Assembly: GCA_013041745.1 (NCBI GenBank)
Contig: JABDRN010000035.1
Location: 35,036 to 99,035 of the forward strand
Length of the DNA: 64,000 nucleotides
Direction of reading: 5' to 3'
Origin: Gammaproteobacteria bacterium
Lineage (GTDB): Bacteria; Pseudomonadota; Gammaproteobacteria; SZUA-229
Part shown: piece by piece, positions 31,520 through 42,035 of the stretch
Numbering within the stretch: the first letter of the stretch is position 1
How the letters are laid out: every line of letters begins with the position of its first letter
The notes under the pieces: model-generated
Seen by the model: only the letters and a program-made list of their open reading frames with translations
Database searches by the model: none
Told to the model about the DNA's origin: nothing
Program-made: the position numbers and the translations under genes

Positions 31520-32257
31520 TCAGGTTTCGCTGGACAATTCAGCTGTCTTACTGCTGATAAATGTACTGACCTGCGTGCGATAATTTTCAGCATCCTGTTC
31601 AGTCAGTGGCTCTCGCTTATGATTACATAAGCGCGCATCCAGCAGTCCGGCCAGCTGGTAACTTCTCTGCAGCATTTCGGTTAGATCATCGAGCGGATCA
31701 TCACCCTGGATCTGCATAAACACAGTCAGCCCTGTAGTCTTTATCTCATGGATAGTACTGGCATCAAAAGACCCCGGTTCTAACATGTTGGCCAGACTGA
31801 ACACGTTTCGTCCGTCTTTCCTGTAATGAAAGATATTCATCTCACCAAAACTCAAACCCATGGCCTGGGCAGAACTGTTGACCTGTGAACCGGCGAGCTG
31901 TTTATTCGGTTTGGCGAGAATATACAAGACGACGATATCGTCAGGTAATGTCGAGGCAGGCCGTTTAACATCAGGGTCTTTTTCATCCTCGGAGGCTGCC
32001 TGTTCGAATGATTTATCATCAGAGGTAAATGATGAAAGATCTTCATCACTGATGTCCGGCGCGCCACTGGATATGATCCTGACTTCGCCGACGCCTTCAT
32101 CGACATCATCGAGACTACGGGCGGTAAACTCTGGCAGATCTGGTTCCAGGTCGTCGACCATAGATCCATTGCGACGTCGGCGTCGGCGGCCGAGTAGATA
32201 TATAACTATCACGAAGGCAACGCCTGCAGCCAGCAAGATCCAGCGTAATGGTTCCAC
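31520..32257 (-). CDS. zipA: Cell division protein ZipA
   Basis: N-terminal TM followed by a basic patch (LLAAGVAFVIVIYLLGRRRRRRN), an acidic/P-rich linker, and a C-terminal FtsZ-binding-type domain. Sits in the smc-zipA-ligA order. Confidence 0.85.
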   Translation of the reverse strand: MEPLRWILLAAGVAFVIVIYLLGRRRRRRNGSMVDDLEPDLPEFTARSLDDVDEGVGEVRIISSGAPDISDEDLSSFTSDDKSFEQAASEDEKDPDVKRPASTLPDDIVVLYILAKPNKQLAGSQVNSSAQAMGLSFGEMNIFHYRKDGRNVFSLANMLEPGSFDASTIHEIKTTGLTVFMQIQGDDPLDDLTEMLQRSYQLAGLLDARLCNHKREPLTEQDAENYRTQVSTFISSKTAELSSET

Positions 32258-32261
32258 CCGC

Positions 32262-35200
32262 TTAAGCTCCTACACCAGCCATGGTTGCAGCTTCGGCGAC
32301 ATCCACTGATACCAGGCGGGAAACACCTGATTCACGCATGGTGACACCGCTGAGATGTTCTGAGATCTCCATGGTGGTCTTATTATGCGTGATGAAGATG
32401 AACTGCACACGTGAAGACATCTCTTTAACCAGCTGACAGAAGCGGCCGACATTAGCTTCATCGAGGGGCGCATCGACCTCATCCAGCATACAGAATGGTG
32501 CCGGGTTTAGTTCAAATATGGCGAACACCAGGGCAACCGCTGTTAGTGCTTTCTCACCACCAGACATCAGATGGATATTTGAGATACGCTTACCCGGCGG
32601 CCTTGCCATGATCGCCACGCCGGTACTCAAGAGATCATCTCCAGTCATCTCAAGATATGCGGTCCCGCCGCCGAACAGACGCGGGAACATATCTTTGATG
32701 CGGGAATTAACATGATCATAAGTTTCTTTGAATCGAGTACGTGTCTCTTTATCGATCTTGGCTATCGCCTGCTCCAGAATCTCCAGTGCTGCGGTAACGT
32801 CACGATTCTGCTCATCGAGATACTCTTTGCGTTGTAGTTGCTCTTTGTATTCGTCGATAGCTGCCAGATTTATCGGCCCGAGCCGTGAGATCTTCTGCGC
32901 GATTTCGGCCAGCTTATTTTCCCAGTCTTTGCTGGTTGCCGGATTCTCTTCCGTGTCAAATTCCTTGAGTGTCTCGAGTACGGTTTCCAGCTCGAACCCG
33001 GTCGCCTCAAGCTGCTCCAGCGTGGTCTTGCTTCGGACCCGAGTTTCCTGACTATCGAGTCGTAATTTTTCCAGCTTGCTGCGAACAGACTGAGATTTTT
33101 GCTCGAACTCAGTGCGCTGTTGTTCCAGCGTTCGCAGAGTATGGTTAATACCTTCTACCTTACGTCTTGCTTCAGTCAACGCTTCCTCAGCAGCGAGGCG
33201 CTGATCGAGCAGCACTTTGAGTTCCGCCTGTAACTTCTCGGTAGGTTCGCTGGACTGCGAGAGTAAAGCCTCAAGTTCCTGCTTACGCTGTAACTGGGCT
33301 GTCTGCGCCTGTTCCATACGCTGAATATTATGCTGCAGACCGCTAAGCCGGGTCTTCAGTCCTTCGACACGAATCGCCAGCTGGTGCGCCTGATCCCGGT
33401 GCTGCTGCAAGCTGACCCGGTGCTGCTGCAGTTCCTGCTGAAGCTTCTCGCGCTGCTCCTGCAATGACCTTCTGTCGGCCTCCATCTTCTCGGCATTTTC
33501 CAGTGCTTCATTTCGATTTTTAGTTGCAGATTCGATATCCGCTTCAGCACTGTTTATCTGGTTCTGAATATCTTCCAGTTCCGCGTCAAGATCTTTACCA
33601 CGACTGGTAATGTGTTCATGACGTGACTCACGAGCTGTTATCTGAGCCTTGATCTCGTTCAGACGTGAATGAATACTATTCAGTACCGTCTGAAACTCTT
33701 CACGCTGCTGCTCCCTATCCTGCAAGTTAGTGCGCAGCGAATTTAACTCTTCATTTATCTTTTCAGCTTTAACTTCCATCTCTGCCAGTTTCTGCTGCAG
33801 CTCACGTATACTGTTCTCACGTGCCAGAACACCTGTACTGGCATCCTTATCACGACTGATACGCAGCCAGTTTGAGCCCAGCCAGATACCATCTTTGGTG
33901 ATAATGCTGTCACCACGGCTAAGAGAATCGCGCAGCTATAGAGCTTCATCCAGCGTCTCGGTACAGCGAATACCGTTGATAAAAGAGCTTAACTCGACGG
34001 CAGATGAAACCTGCTGCATCAGCATACCCGCATTCGATTCTGCTGAACCGGCGGATTTGCCTGTTTCGATCAGCGAGATATTACTGTCTTGCAGTGAGTT
34101 CAACGCCGATGAAAACTGTTCGATGTCATCGACACAGACAGCTTCCAGCGTATCGCCGAGTACTGTTTCAACTGCCAGCTCCCAACCCTCTTTAACTTCC
34201 AGTTGTTCAGCGAAGCGTGCGTTTTTGTTGATACCGCTCTTTTCCAGCCATTGCTGGGCTGCTTTATCGGTTTTACCGAGAGCGGCTTCCTGCAGCGCTT
34301 CCATGGATGACAGGCTGCCCTGGTACTGATGGATATTACGGCGCACTTCGGCGGACTGCTGTTCCACAGTCGAGATCTTCTCACGAGTTTCTCGTATCTG
34401 ACTGATGGCATCACTGAGCTGCTGTTCGTTGCTGTCTTTTTCTTCGCTGGATTTTTTCAGCAGGACATTCAGATCCGAGATCTGCTCTTCCAGGTTCTCA
34501 CCGCGCAACGCCTGTTTTTCGACGTCGATCTTCTGCTGGCGCTGCTTAAGCTGCTCGGCATTCCGCTCCAGCTGTTCCATGCGTGAGCGCTCGATCTGAG
34601 CTTTCTGGCTCTCGGCAGAGTAACGCTGATTGATCTCGTCCCACTGCTGCTGCCATGTCTGCATCGCCTGCTCAGACAGCTGGAACGCTGAGGTACTGTC
34701 TTCTTCCTGTGTTTTCAGGACCTCCAGCCGTGGTTCTTCATCTGCCAGGTTTTGCTGAAACTCTTCGATGTCCTTGTTATCAGACTGGATAGCGTTGCTC
34801 GCATCAGCCAACGCGGTCTCAACCTGCTCCAGATCCGTCTGCTGGCGCTGCAGAAGATCCTGCTGGTGCTTGATATTCTGTTCTTTTGCCGAGATCTCGG
34901 CACCGAGGCGATAATATTCAGCCTGCACATTGTTCAGCACTTCATTTGACTCTTCACCCTGCTGACGGTTTGATTCGATCTCCGACTCGGTTGCACGTTG
35001 CTCTGCTATCACCTGCTCCAGCGAGGTCTCAGTACTCTGTATCTGTTTATCACGCTGATTCAGTTCAGAGTTCAATTCACGCCAGTGTAATGTCAGGTGC
35101 TCGGCTTTAAGCTCACGCTCATCCTGCTTTAACTCCTTATAACGTTCTGCGCTACGGCTCTGTCGCTGCAGCCGTGCCAGCTGTTTTTCTATCTCTTCAC

Positions 35201-35792
35201 GCAGGTCGGAGAGCCTTTCCAGGTTTTCACGGGTATGCCTGATACGGGTTTCCGTTTCACGGCGACGTTCTTTGTACTTCGAGATACCTGCTGCTTCTTC
35301 GAGGAAATTTCGCAACTCTTCCGGTTTCGCTTCGATCAGGCGGGATATCATGCCCTGCTCGATAATAGCGTAACTTCTCGGCCCGAGGCCGGTACCCAGG
35401 AAGAGGTCCGCAACATCACGTCGGCGGCAACGGGTGCCGTTCAAGCTGTATTTCGAGCCGCCATCGCGAGTCACCTGGCGTTTTACAGAGATCTCTGCGT
35501 AATTGGCGTATTGACCACCTAGTTTTCCTTCACTGTTATCGAATGTCAGCTCAACAGACGCCATGTCAACCGGCTTTCTGGCAGATGAACCGTTAAATAT
35601 TACGTCATCCATCGACGCACCACGCAGGTGCTTGGCTGAAGACTCCCCCATTACCCAGCGAACTGCATCGATGGTATTAGACTTACCACAACCGTTAGGG
35701 CCAACGATACCGGTGAGATTGCTGGGGAAATTAATGGCAGTTGGATCGACGAAGGACTTAAAACCAGCGAGTTTAATCTTGCTTAAACGCAT
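32262..35792 (-). pseudogene. smc: Chromosome partition protein SMC, a 1177-codon frame interrupted by one in-frame TAG at 33938..33936
   Basis: The N-terminal ORF (33936..35792) has MRLSKIKLAGFKSFVD...GPNGCGKSN (Walker A). The C-terminal ORF (32262..33779) has [13 protein letters not shown] (signature) and [13 protein letters not shown] (Walker B). The 53 codons between them are open in the same frame: [63 protein letters not shown]. Confidence 0.9.
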
Positions 35793-35818
35793 TATAATTA
35801 TATTCTTTTCAGATTTCG

Positions 35819-35937
35819 GTTGTGAAAATCAGTTGCTATTCTTCTAATTAGTTCGGCGTAGTTTACATGACTAGCTGCGCATTTTAAGCGCCAATTAAGC
35901 ATCTTTTTTAGTTAATTTTCACAACGTTTAGCAACTG
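35819..35937. repeat. Permuted inverted repeat upstream of smc/queF: modules A (11 bp) and B (9 bp)
   Basis: gttgtgaaaat (35819-35829) is directly followed by cagttgcta (35830-35838). Their perfect reverse complements are attttcacaac (35915-35925) and tagcaactg (35929-35937). The module order is A-B on both sides, so the two pairings cross. Confidence 0.5.
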
Positions 35938-36080
35938 TCGAAATAGCGAATGTAAGCTGCTGAATTCATTACTAGAGAAACATTAAGCGACCATAATATT
36001 AGTCATTAATAATATAAACTATTATGCGTTTTTCTGTATAATGCCGCATTAATTTTTAGCATTGAAAACGAGACTCAGCC

Positions 36081-36470
36081 ATGGCGACCAAGCCTTCAAA
36101 AGAACTGGAAATATTTGATAATCCGACACCAGAGCGTGATTACACTATCCGCATACACCTGCCCGAGTTCACCTGCCTGTGCCCGAAAACCGGCCAGCCG
36201 GACTTTGCCACGCTGGATCTAGAGTATGTTCCGGAAAAGAGCTGTGTTGAGCTGAAATCACTAAAACTCTATATCTGGTCATTTCGCGACGAAGGCGCTT
36301 TTCATGAAGCGGTCACAAATGAGATCCTTTCTGACCTGGTAAAAGCCTGTAATCCAAGATTCATGCGCCTGACGGCGGAATTCAATGTTCGAGGCGGTGT
36401 TTACACAACGGTTGTGGCTGAACATAAAGATCCAGCATGGACCACACCAACGGTTGTTTCCCTGCCCTAG
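36081..36470 (+). CDS. queF: NADPH-dependent 7-cyano-7-deazaguanine (preQ0) reductase, unimodular type
   Basis: [17 protein letters not shown] and the FHE motif. 129 aa. Confidence 0.9.
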   Translation: MATKPSKELEIFDNPTPERDYTIRIHLPEFTCLCPKTGQPDFATLDLEYVPEKSCVELKSLKLYIWSFRDEGAFHEAVTNEILSDLVKACNPRFMRLTAEFNVRGGVYTTVVAEHKDPAWTTPTVVSLP

Positions 36471-36491
36471 ACAAGCAGCAGTTAATTCATC

Positions 36492-37808
36492 GTGGAAAAT
36501 TCTCTATTTCTCGGTATCGACATCGGTACTTCAGGAATACGAGCAAGCTGCATCGATGCAGAAAAGAATGAACTGAGCAACCATCAAATCGGTTTTCACC
36601 GCGCTGCTGTTGACGATAAGGCTGCCGCTGGCAAGAGCGAGCAGGATCCTGAGCAATGGCGACTATTGCTCGACGAACTGCTCTGCAGTATCCGCGAAAA
36701 GTTATTCGCTCTGAACAGCTCACATCGAATAACCGCTATCACGATCGACGGCACCTCAAGTACGGTTCTAGCCTGTAGCCAGGATGGCACCGCGCTGTCT
36801 CCCGCGCTGATGTACAATGATTCGCGCTGCCATAAGCAGGCAGAGATGATCAGCCGTTTTGCGCCGAGTGAAAGCGCCGTCCACGGTACCAGCTCTTCAC
36901 TGGCAAAAGCACTCTATCTGCTGGATACATACCCGCAAACAGAACGTCTATGCCATCAGGCTGACTGGCTGTCAGCTTCTCTCACCGGCAAGTTCGGTAT
37001 CAGCGATGAGAACAACTGTCTGAAGCTGGGCTATGACAGCATAAATCAGCAATGGCCCGAGTGGCTGCTAAGGAATAGTGAGAACGCGGTGATAGCCGAA
37101 GCCATGTTGCCGAACGTGGTCACGCCAGGCACTGCAGTCGCTAAAGTATTGCCTGAGCTGGTAGCCAGATATCAACTGGCGCATGGCTGTATCGTCGTTG
37201 CCGGCACCACGGATAGCAATGCAGCAGTTCTGGCCACTGGCGCCAGCCAGACCGGTGATGCGGTAACCTCACTGGGAAGCTCCCTGGTGATCAAGCTATT
37301 CTCTAATAAACCGATATTCAATCCGGACTATGGTATCTACAGCCACAGGCTGAATAATAGCTGGCTGGTCGGTGGCGCATCAAATTCTGGAGGTGCGGTT
37401 CTGCTAAAGTATTTTACACAGCAACAGATAGATGAGATGACACCGCTGCTCACGCCTGAACAGCCCACCGGTCTGGATTATTATCCGCTACCCGATACCG
37501 GAGAACGCTTTCCTGTGAACGACAGCAACAAACAATGTAGAATCACCCCGCGCCCTGACTCTGATATCATTTTTTTTCAAGGTCTGCTCGAAGGTATCGC
37601 GAGCATCGAAGCAGAAGGTTACGACAAACTCGCTTCACTGGGCGCGACACCAGTGAAGAGAATTTATACTGCAGGCGGCGGCAGCAATAATCTGGCATGG
37701 AAGATAATCAGGGAGCGAACTATCGGAACGACAATATTATCTGCTGAGAATAGTGATGCCTGTTACGGCAGTGCTTTATTGGCAAGACAGGGTTTTCTGG
37801 CAATTTAA
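36492..37808 (+). CDS. FGGY-family carbohydrate kinase (GTG start)
   Basis: LGIDIGTSGIRAS N-terminal phosphate loop, GTTDSNAA, and a C-terminal GGGSNN motif. 438 aa. Confidence 0.75.
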   Translation: MENSLFLGIDIGTSGIRASCIDAEKNELSNHQIGFHRAAVDDKAAAGKSEQDPEQWRLLLDELLCSIREKLFALNSSHRITAITIDGTSSTVLACSQDGTALSPALMYNDSRCHKQAEMISRFAPSESAVHGTSSSLAKALYLLDTYPQTERLCHQADWLSASLTGKFGISDENNCLKLGYDSINQQWPEWLLRNSENAVIAEAMLPNVVTPGTAVAKVLPELVARYQLAHGCIVVAGTTDSNAAVLATGASQTGDAVTSLGSSLVIKLFSNKPIFNPDYGIYSHRLNNSWLVGGASNSGGAVLLKYFTQQQIDEMTPLLTPEQPTGLDYYPLPDTGERFPVNDSNKQCRITPRPDSDIIFFQGLLEGIASIEAEGYDKLASLGATPVKRIYTAGGGSNNLAWKIIRERTIGTTILSAENSDACYGSALLARQGFLAI

Positions 37809-37836
37809 CTTTATAATCTTATTACCGTTAATCATT

Positions 37837-38562
37837 ATGATCTCATTTTTCAAAGGCTTCTTTAACTGTATCAGTGGATTTGGACTGCTGTTCAGACCGG
37901 GAATTAAACGCTACGTACTGATCCCCTTTCTCATCAACTTTGGATTATTCATACTGGCGACGAAGTTATTGAGTGATCAAATCGATATCTGGATGGAGCG
38001 ACTGCTGCCAGCCTGGCTCAACTGGCTCGAATGGCTGATTTGGCCGTTATTCGCTATCGCTATGTTTCTTATCGTATTCTATACCTTTACCGTGCTGGCC
38101 AACCTGATAGCAGCACCGTTCAACAGTTTGCTATCAGCAAAAGTCGAAGCGATGCTTACCGGTCAAAGACCACAGGACATCAACTCTGACAAGTTCATCA
38201 AGTTAATGTGGCGCACACTGAAATCAGAGATCCAGAAGATCCTGTATGCCATAAAGTGGTTTATTCCTCTGATCATCATCACTATTATTCCCGGAGTGAA
38301 TGTGGTCTCGCCTTTTCTCTGGATACTTTTCGCAGTATGGTTTTTTGCCCTGGAATATAATGATTACCCGCTAGCAAACCGTGGTCTGTTCTTTGAAGAT
38401 ATAAAATCATATAACCGCAGCAACAGGATGCATGCACTCGGGCTGGGGAGCGCAGTTTTCGTGCTGACCAGTATCCCCGTGGTCAATTTCTTCGCTATGC
38501 CGGTAGCAGTCGCAGGTGCTACCAGGCTGACGACCAATATCAAGAACAGTTCTGAGAAATAG
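37837..38562 (+). CDS. cysZ: Sulfate transporter CysZ (start moved to MISFFKG)
   Basis: MISFFKGFFNCISGFGLLFRPGIKRYVLIPFLINFGLF is a typical CysZ N-terminus. The ORF-track start would overlap the kinase gene by 56 nt. Confidence 0.8.
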   Translation: MISFFKGFFNCISGFGLLFRPGIKRYVLIPFLINFGLFILATKLLSDQIDIWMERLLPAWLNWLEWLIWPLFAIAMFLIVFYTFTVLANLIAAPFNSLLSAKVEAMLTGQRPQDINSDKFIKLMWRTLKSEIQKILYAIKWFIPLIIITIIPGVNVVSPFLWILFAVWFFALEYNDYPLANRGLFFEDIKSYNRSNRMHALGLGSAVFVLTSIPVVNFFAMPVAVAGATRLTTNIKNSSEK

Positions 38563-38566
38563 AGCA

Positions 38567-38770
38567 ATGGAGAACAGGGTAACAGAACTGGAGATACGTC
38601 TAACTCATCTCGAGGACACCATCGAAGTATTAAACAAGACCATAATAAAACAGCATGCTGAGATAGACATGCTGCAGCTGCAGGTATCTAACCTGGAGAA
38701 GAAAATCAAAGCGTCCCAGCCTTCACAGGTTGCACATGAAAGTGAAGAAACACCTCCGCCTCACTACTAA
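38567..38770 (+). CDS. slyX: SlyX-family coiled-coil protein
   Basis: 67 aa. RVTELEIRLTHLEDTIEVLNKTIIKQHAEIDMLQLQV is typical of SlyX. Confidence 0.75.
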   Translation: MENRVTELEIRLTHLEDTIEVLNKTIIKQHAEIDMLQLQVSNLEKKIKASQPSQVAHESEETPPPHY

Positions 38771-38946
38771 TAGTAACTGGACCTGCCCACTCGAGCAGGA
38801 TGTGAGTATTAAATAAAGATTTATTTTTGAAATGTTTCGTAATGATAGAAATAATTTCAAAACACTAAGAGAAAATAGCCGTCTTAGTATCTATAGCGTT
38901 ACTACTGATCGACCGATGTATTAGCAAGATAGAAGTAATATCTGAT

Positions 38947-39342
38947 TTACAGAGCACCACGGCGCTTATCGCTTTCGAGCTCATCATCCGGCAGGATACG
39001 CTCCTGCCCGACACGCCATTGACCATCATCTTCTTTCTGAATGATAAATTCGATACCGCTGGTGTTGATACTGCCATCGCTGCCTTCCACTGTCTCGACA
39101 GATTTGAACATGACCCTGTCCGCTGTCTGAGCGAGGATATTCAAGCCTTCATAACTGACTTTCTTTAACATCTTGTTTTCAAATTCATGCTGGCACTGAT
39201 TGAACCAGTCATCATAGGTGATGACTTCAAAACCAGGTACTCCATAGACACTTACCTCCTTTGATATGAGATTCATATGCGCGTCAAAATCAAGATTGTT
39301 CGCGGTCTCTGCCATAACGGCTAAAAATTCCAGTGGGTTCAT
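38947..39342 (-). CDS. Hypothetical protein (possibly an NTF2/SnoaL-like fold)
   Basis: 131-aa ORF co-directional with, and 4 nt downstream of, the ybbN-like gene. The fold guess rests only on size and the alternating pattern. Confidence 0.4.
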   Translation of the reverse strand: MNPLEFLAVMAETANNLDFDAHMNLISKEVSVYGVPGFEVITYDDWFNQCQHEFENKMLKKVSYEGLNILAQTADRVMFKSVETVEGSDGSINTSGIEFIIQKEDDGQWRVGQERILPDDELESDKRRGAL

Positions 39343-39346
39343 AACT

Positions 39347-40204
39347 CTAATGCGCCTGTTGGTCGATTAATTTTTGACGGTATTCTATGACGATCGGGTT
39401 TTCCTTACCCAGCATGATAAACAGGCCTCGCAGACACAAGCTGGCGATACCTTCACGCCAGCTGTAATCCAGTTTGATTATCTTTAGCAGGATATCCATG
39501 GCCGCAGTATAATTACTCTGCATCATTCGCTGACTGCAAATATTGAACAATATGTCCTTGTCATCAGGATTTTCTTCTAGCTGCTTTTCGAGCGCGTCCA
39601 GTTCATCTGCTTGCTGCACTGTTGACAGGAACAAGGCATTGGTCATCAACACCGCAGCTTCTTCATTCTCATCTTTTAATGGCGTTTTCTCGAGCAGAGC
39701 ATATGCCTGGTCATACGCCTCCTCTTTCATTAATAATTTTGTCAGCGTGAGCAGGATACGAGGATTCTCCGGATCGATGAAGACCTGTTTGCCGAGCTGT
39801 TCGAAGGCGACCTCTTTATTACCTTTCTGATACTCAGCAACAGCTGCAGCCAGCGCTTTATCTGATTCTCGGGCGAGATGCTTATCCAGCATCTTTTTGA
39901 AACTATCGGCTGAATCGTAACCATGTATCTGATCGATCACTTCACCATTGATGAACAGTTTCACCGTCGGCACACTGTTGACACCATAATCCTGCGCAAG
40001 CCGCTTTTCTTTACCGGTATCTATATTCACAAGGAGGAACTGACCGTTATAGTCATTAGCAAGTTTTTCCAGGACCGGCCACAGTCGTAAACAGGGACCC
40101 GCATTCTCCGCCCAGTAATTGACCATGACCGGGCCTTTATGCGAGTTACTGAGAACTGCGTCATTAAAGTTTTCACTTGTCACATCAATGATATACGAAC
40201 TCAT
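39347..40204 (-). CDS. ybbN: Thioredoxin-domain/TPR co-chaperone (YbbN/CnoX-like)
   Basis: Thioredoxin fold with an atypical active site WAENAGPC (single Cys), followed by a TPR-like helical C-terminal half. 285 aa, as in E. coli YbbN. Confidence 0.8.
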   Translation of the reverse strand: MSSYIIDVTSENFNDAVLSNSHKGPVMVNYWAENAGPCLRLWPVLEKLANDYNGQFLLVNIDTGKEKRLAQDYGVNSVPTVKLFINGEVIDQIHGYDSADSFKKMLDKHLARESDKALAAAVAEYQKGNKEVAFEQLGKQVFIDPENPRILLTLTKLLMKEEAYDQAYALLEKTPLKDENEEAAVLMTNALFLSTVQQADELDALEKQLEENPDDKDILFNICSQRMMQSNYTAAMDILLKIIKLDYSWREGIASLCLRGLFIMLGKENPIVIEYRQKLIDQQAH

Positions 40205-40968
40205 TTACATATCCCGATCGAGCTTGCACGGCATCTTTTGTAGTCAGACCAGGTGGTATCCTTCAATATAGCCTCATCGAAAACAGATTCGTCGATCTCT
40301 GCTTCCCTGAAAGTGGCCTTGGTGAGATTCGCCTCGGTAAAATCAGTCCCCAGACAATCAGAGCCATCAAATACCGTCTTGGTCAAATCAGCCTTGATAA
40401 AAGAAGTGTCATGCAGTTTTGAAGTGCGTATCACCGATTCTCGCAGGATCGAAGCTTCAAAATTTGCCCGCTTCAGCTCAGTCCTCTCAAGATTGGCTTT
40501 TATCATTCTGGCACCGATAAATATCGTAGATTCGAGGTTTGCATCATAAAAATTGACATTGTTAGCCCTGATCCCGGTGAAATCGGCATTCTTCAGCTCA
40601 GCTCGGCTAAAGCGGCTCTTGTGTAATACTGCATTTTTGAAGCTCGCTCCCTGTGCTTTAACCGAAACCAGCTTACTATTGGACATCCTGGCGCCATCAA
40701 AACGGGTATTCTTCAGGCTGGCAAAATTCAGATCGGCATCCTCAAGCACCGCTCCGCTGAAATCTGCATTATCAAAGACTGCGTTAGTCAGAACAGCATT
40801 TGATAAATCACTGTTTTTAAAGTCTTTACCTGAAAGATCACAGTTTGCCCAGTTTACCTGCGGCTTTGCTTCATCCTCACAGGCGGAATATGCTGGACTC
40901 GCTCCAGATATAGAAAAAAGCAGCAAAAATAAGCTTTTTAACAGTGTTTTTGACATGCTTTTTCTCAT
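40201..40968 (-). CDS. Secreted pentapeptide-repeat protein
   Basis: Has a signal peptide, then continuous A(D/N)LxG-type pentads (NADFSGAVLEDADLNFASLKNTRFDGARMSNSKL...). 4-nt overlap with the ybbN-like gene. Confidence 0.85.
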   Translation of the reverse strand: MRKSMSKTLLKSLFLLLFSISGASPAYSACEDEAKPQVNWANCDLSGKDFKNSDLSNAVLTNAVFDNADFSGAVLEDADLNFASLKNTRFDGARMSNSKLVSVKAQGASFKNAVLHKSRFSRAELKNADFTGIRANNVNFYDANLESTIFIGARMIKANLERTELKRANFEASILRESVIRTSKLHDTSFIKADLTKTVFDGSDCLGTDFTEANLTKATFREAEIDESVFDEAILKDTTWSDYKRCRASSIGICK

Positions 40969-41039
40969 AATTTAACTAAAATTAATGGTATTTTCTTTAT
41001 ACTTCTTAGATAAGGGATTTTACAGCGATTTAAAGTGGA

Positions 41040-42035
41040 ATGTTATCACCTCACAACAATTCAACAGCCATTTCCTCACATTACAGACTAATGGCATTTG
41101 CGTTACTCTGCGCACTGCAGTCAACGAGTGCGTTCGCAGAAACCGATAAAGAAATTCGGCAAGAACCGATATTTCCAATCCCCCTGCATAGTGAGGTAAA
41201 TACCAGCAAGGCTGAACTTGGCGAGAGATTATTCTTCGACCTGCGCTTATCCAAGAACAGCGAACTTGCCTGCTCCAGCTGCCACCAGCCAGATGCTGGC
41301 GGTGACGACAATATTGCCAGTCATCACACAATCAATACACCGACAATCTTTAATGTGAAATTCAACTTTCGTCAGAACTGGGATGGATCGGTAAAAACAC
41401 TTGATGAGCAGATCGATCTCGCGGTAAGAAATCAGCATGTATTTAAAAACAGCTGGGACGACATCATCGTCACACTGTCACAGGATAATGAACTAAAAAA
41501 TGATTTTCTCGAGATATATCTTGATGGTATCACCAGGCAGAATATCATAGATGCCCTGGTGGAATTTGAAAAAACATTGATCACACCAAATTCGAGATTT
41601 GATAAATACCTGAGATATGACGATGATGCGCTGTCCGCTGAAGAGATCGAAGGTTACGAGATATTCAAAGAGCTAGGTTGTATCTCATGCCACCAGGGGA
41701 TCAACGTCGGTGGCAACCTGTATCAGAAGTTCGGCGTATTCTATAATTATATCGCTGAGAGGGGCGAGATAAAAAAAACCGATTATGGCAGGATGAACGC
41801 CACCAATCGCCAGATGGACGCTTTCGTATTCAAGGTTCCGTCTCTCAGAAACATTGCCGTAACTGCCCCCTACCTGCATGATGGTAGTGCAGAAACCCTG
41901 GAAGAAGCCATCATCATCATGGGCAGGACACAACTTGGAAGAACATTGACCGCCGAGGAAACACAGTCGATAAAAGCATTCCTCATTACTTTGACCGGTG
42001 AATACAAGAACATACCACTGGACGACCCATCATGA
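41040..42035 (+). CDS. Periplasmic di-haem cytochrome c peroxidase (CCP/MauG family)
   Basis: Has a signal peptide and two haem c motifs, CSSCH and CISCH. Also has the conserved FKVPSLRNIAVTAPYLHDGS block. 331 aa. Confidence 0.85.
   Translation: MLSPHNNSTAISSHYRLMAFALLCALQSTSAFAETDKEIRQEPIFPIPLHSEVNTSKAELGERLFFDLRLSKNSELACSSCHQPDAGGDDNIASHHTINTPTIFNVKFNFRQNWDGSVKTLDEQIDLAVRNQHVFKNSWDDIIVTLSQDNELKNDFLEIYLDGITRQNIIDALVEFEKTLITPNSRFDKYLRYDDDALSAEEIEGYEIFKELGCISCHQGINVGGNLYQKFGVFYNYIAERGEIKKTDYGRMNATNRQMDAFVFKVPSLRNIAVTAPYLHDGSAETLEEAIIIMGRTQLGRTLTAEETQSIKAFLITLTGEYKNIPLDDPS

Noticed and set aside
35819-35925. TGTGA ... TCACA read as a CRP-binding site
   Set aside because: The two half-sites are about 86 bp apart rather than 6 bp, which is incompatible with a CRP dimer site. 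The observation is kept only as a repeat.
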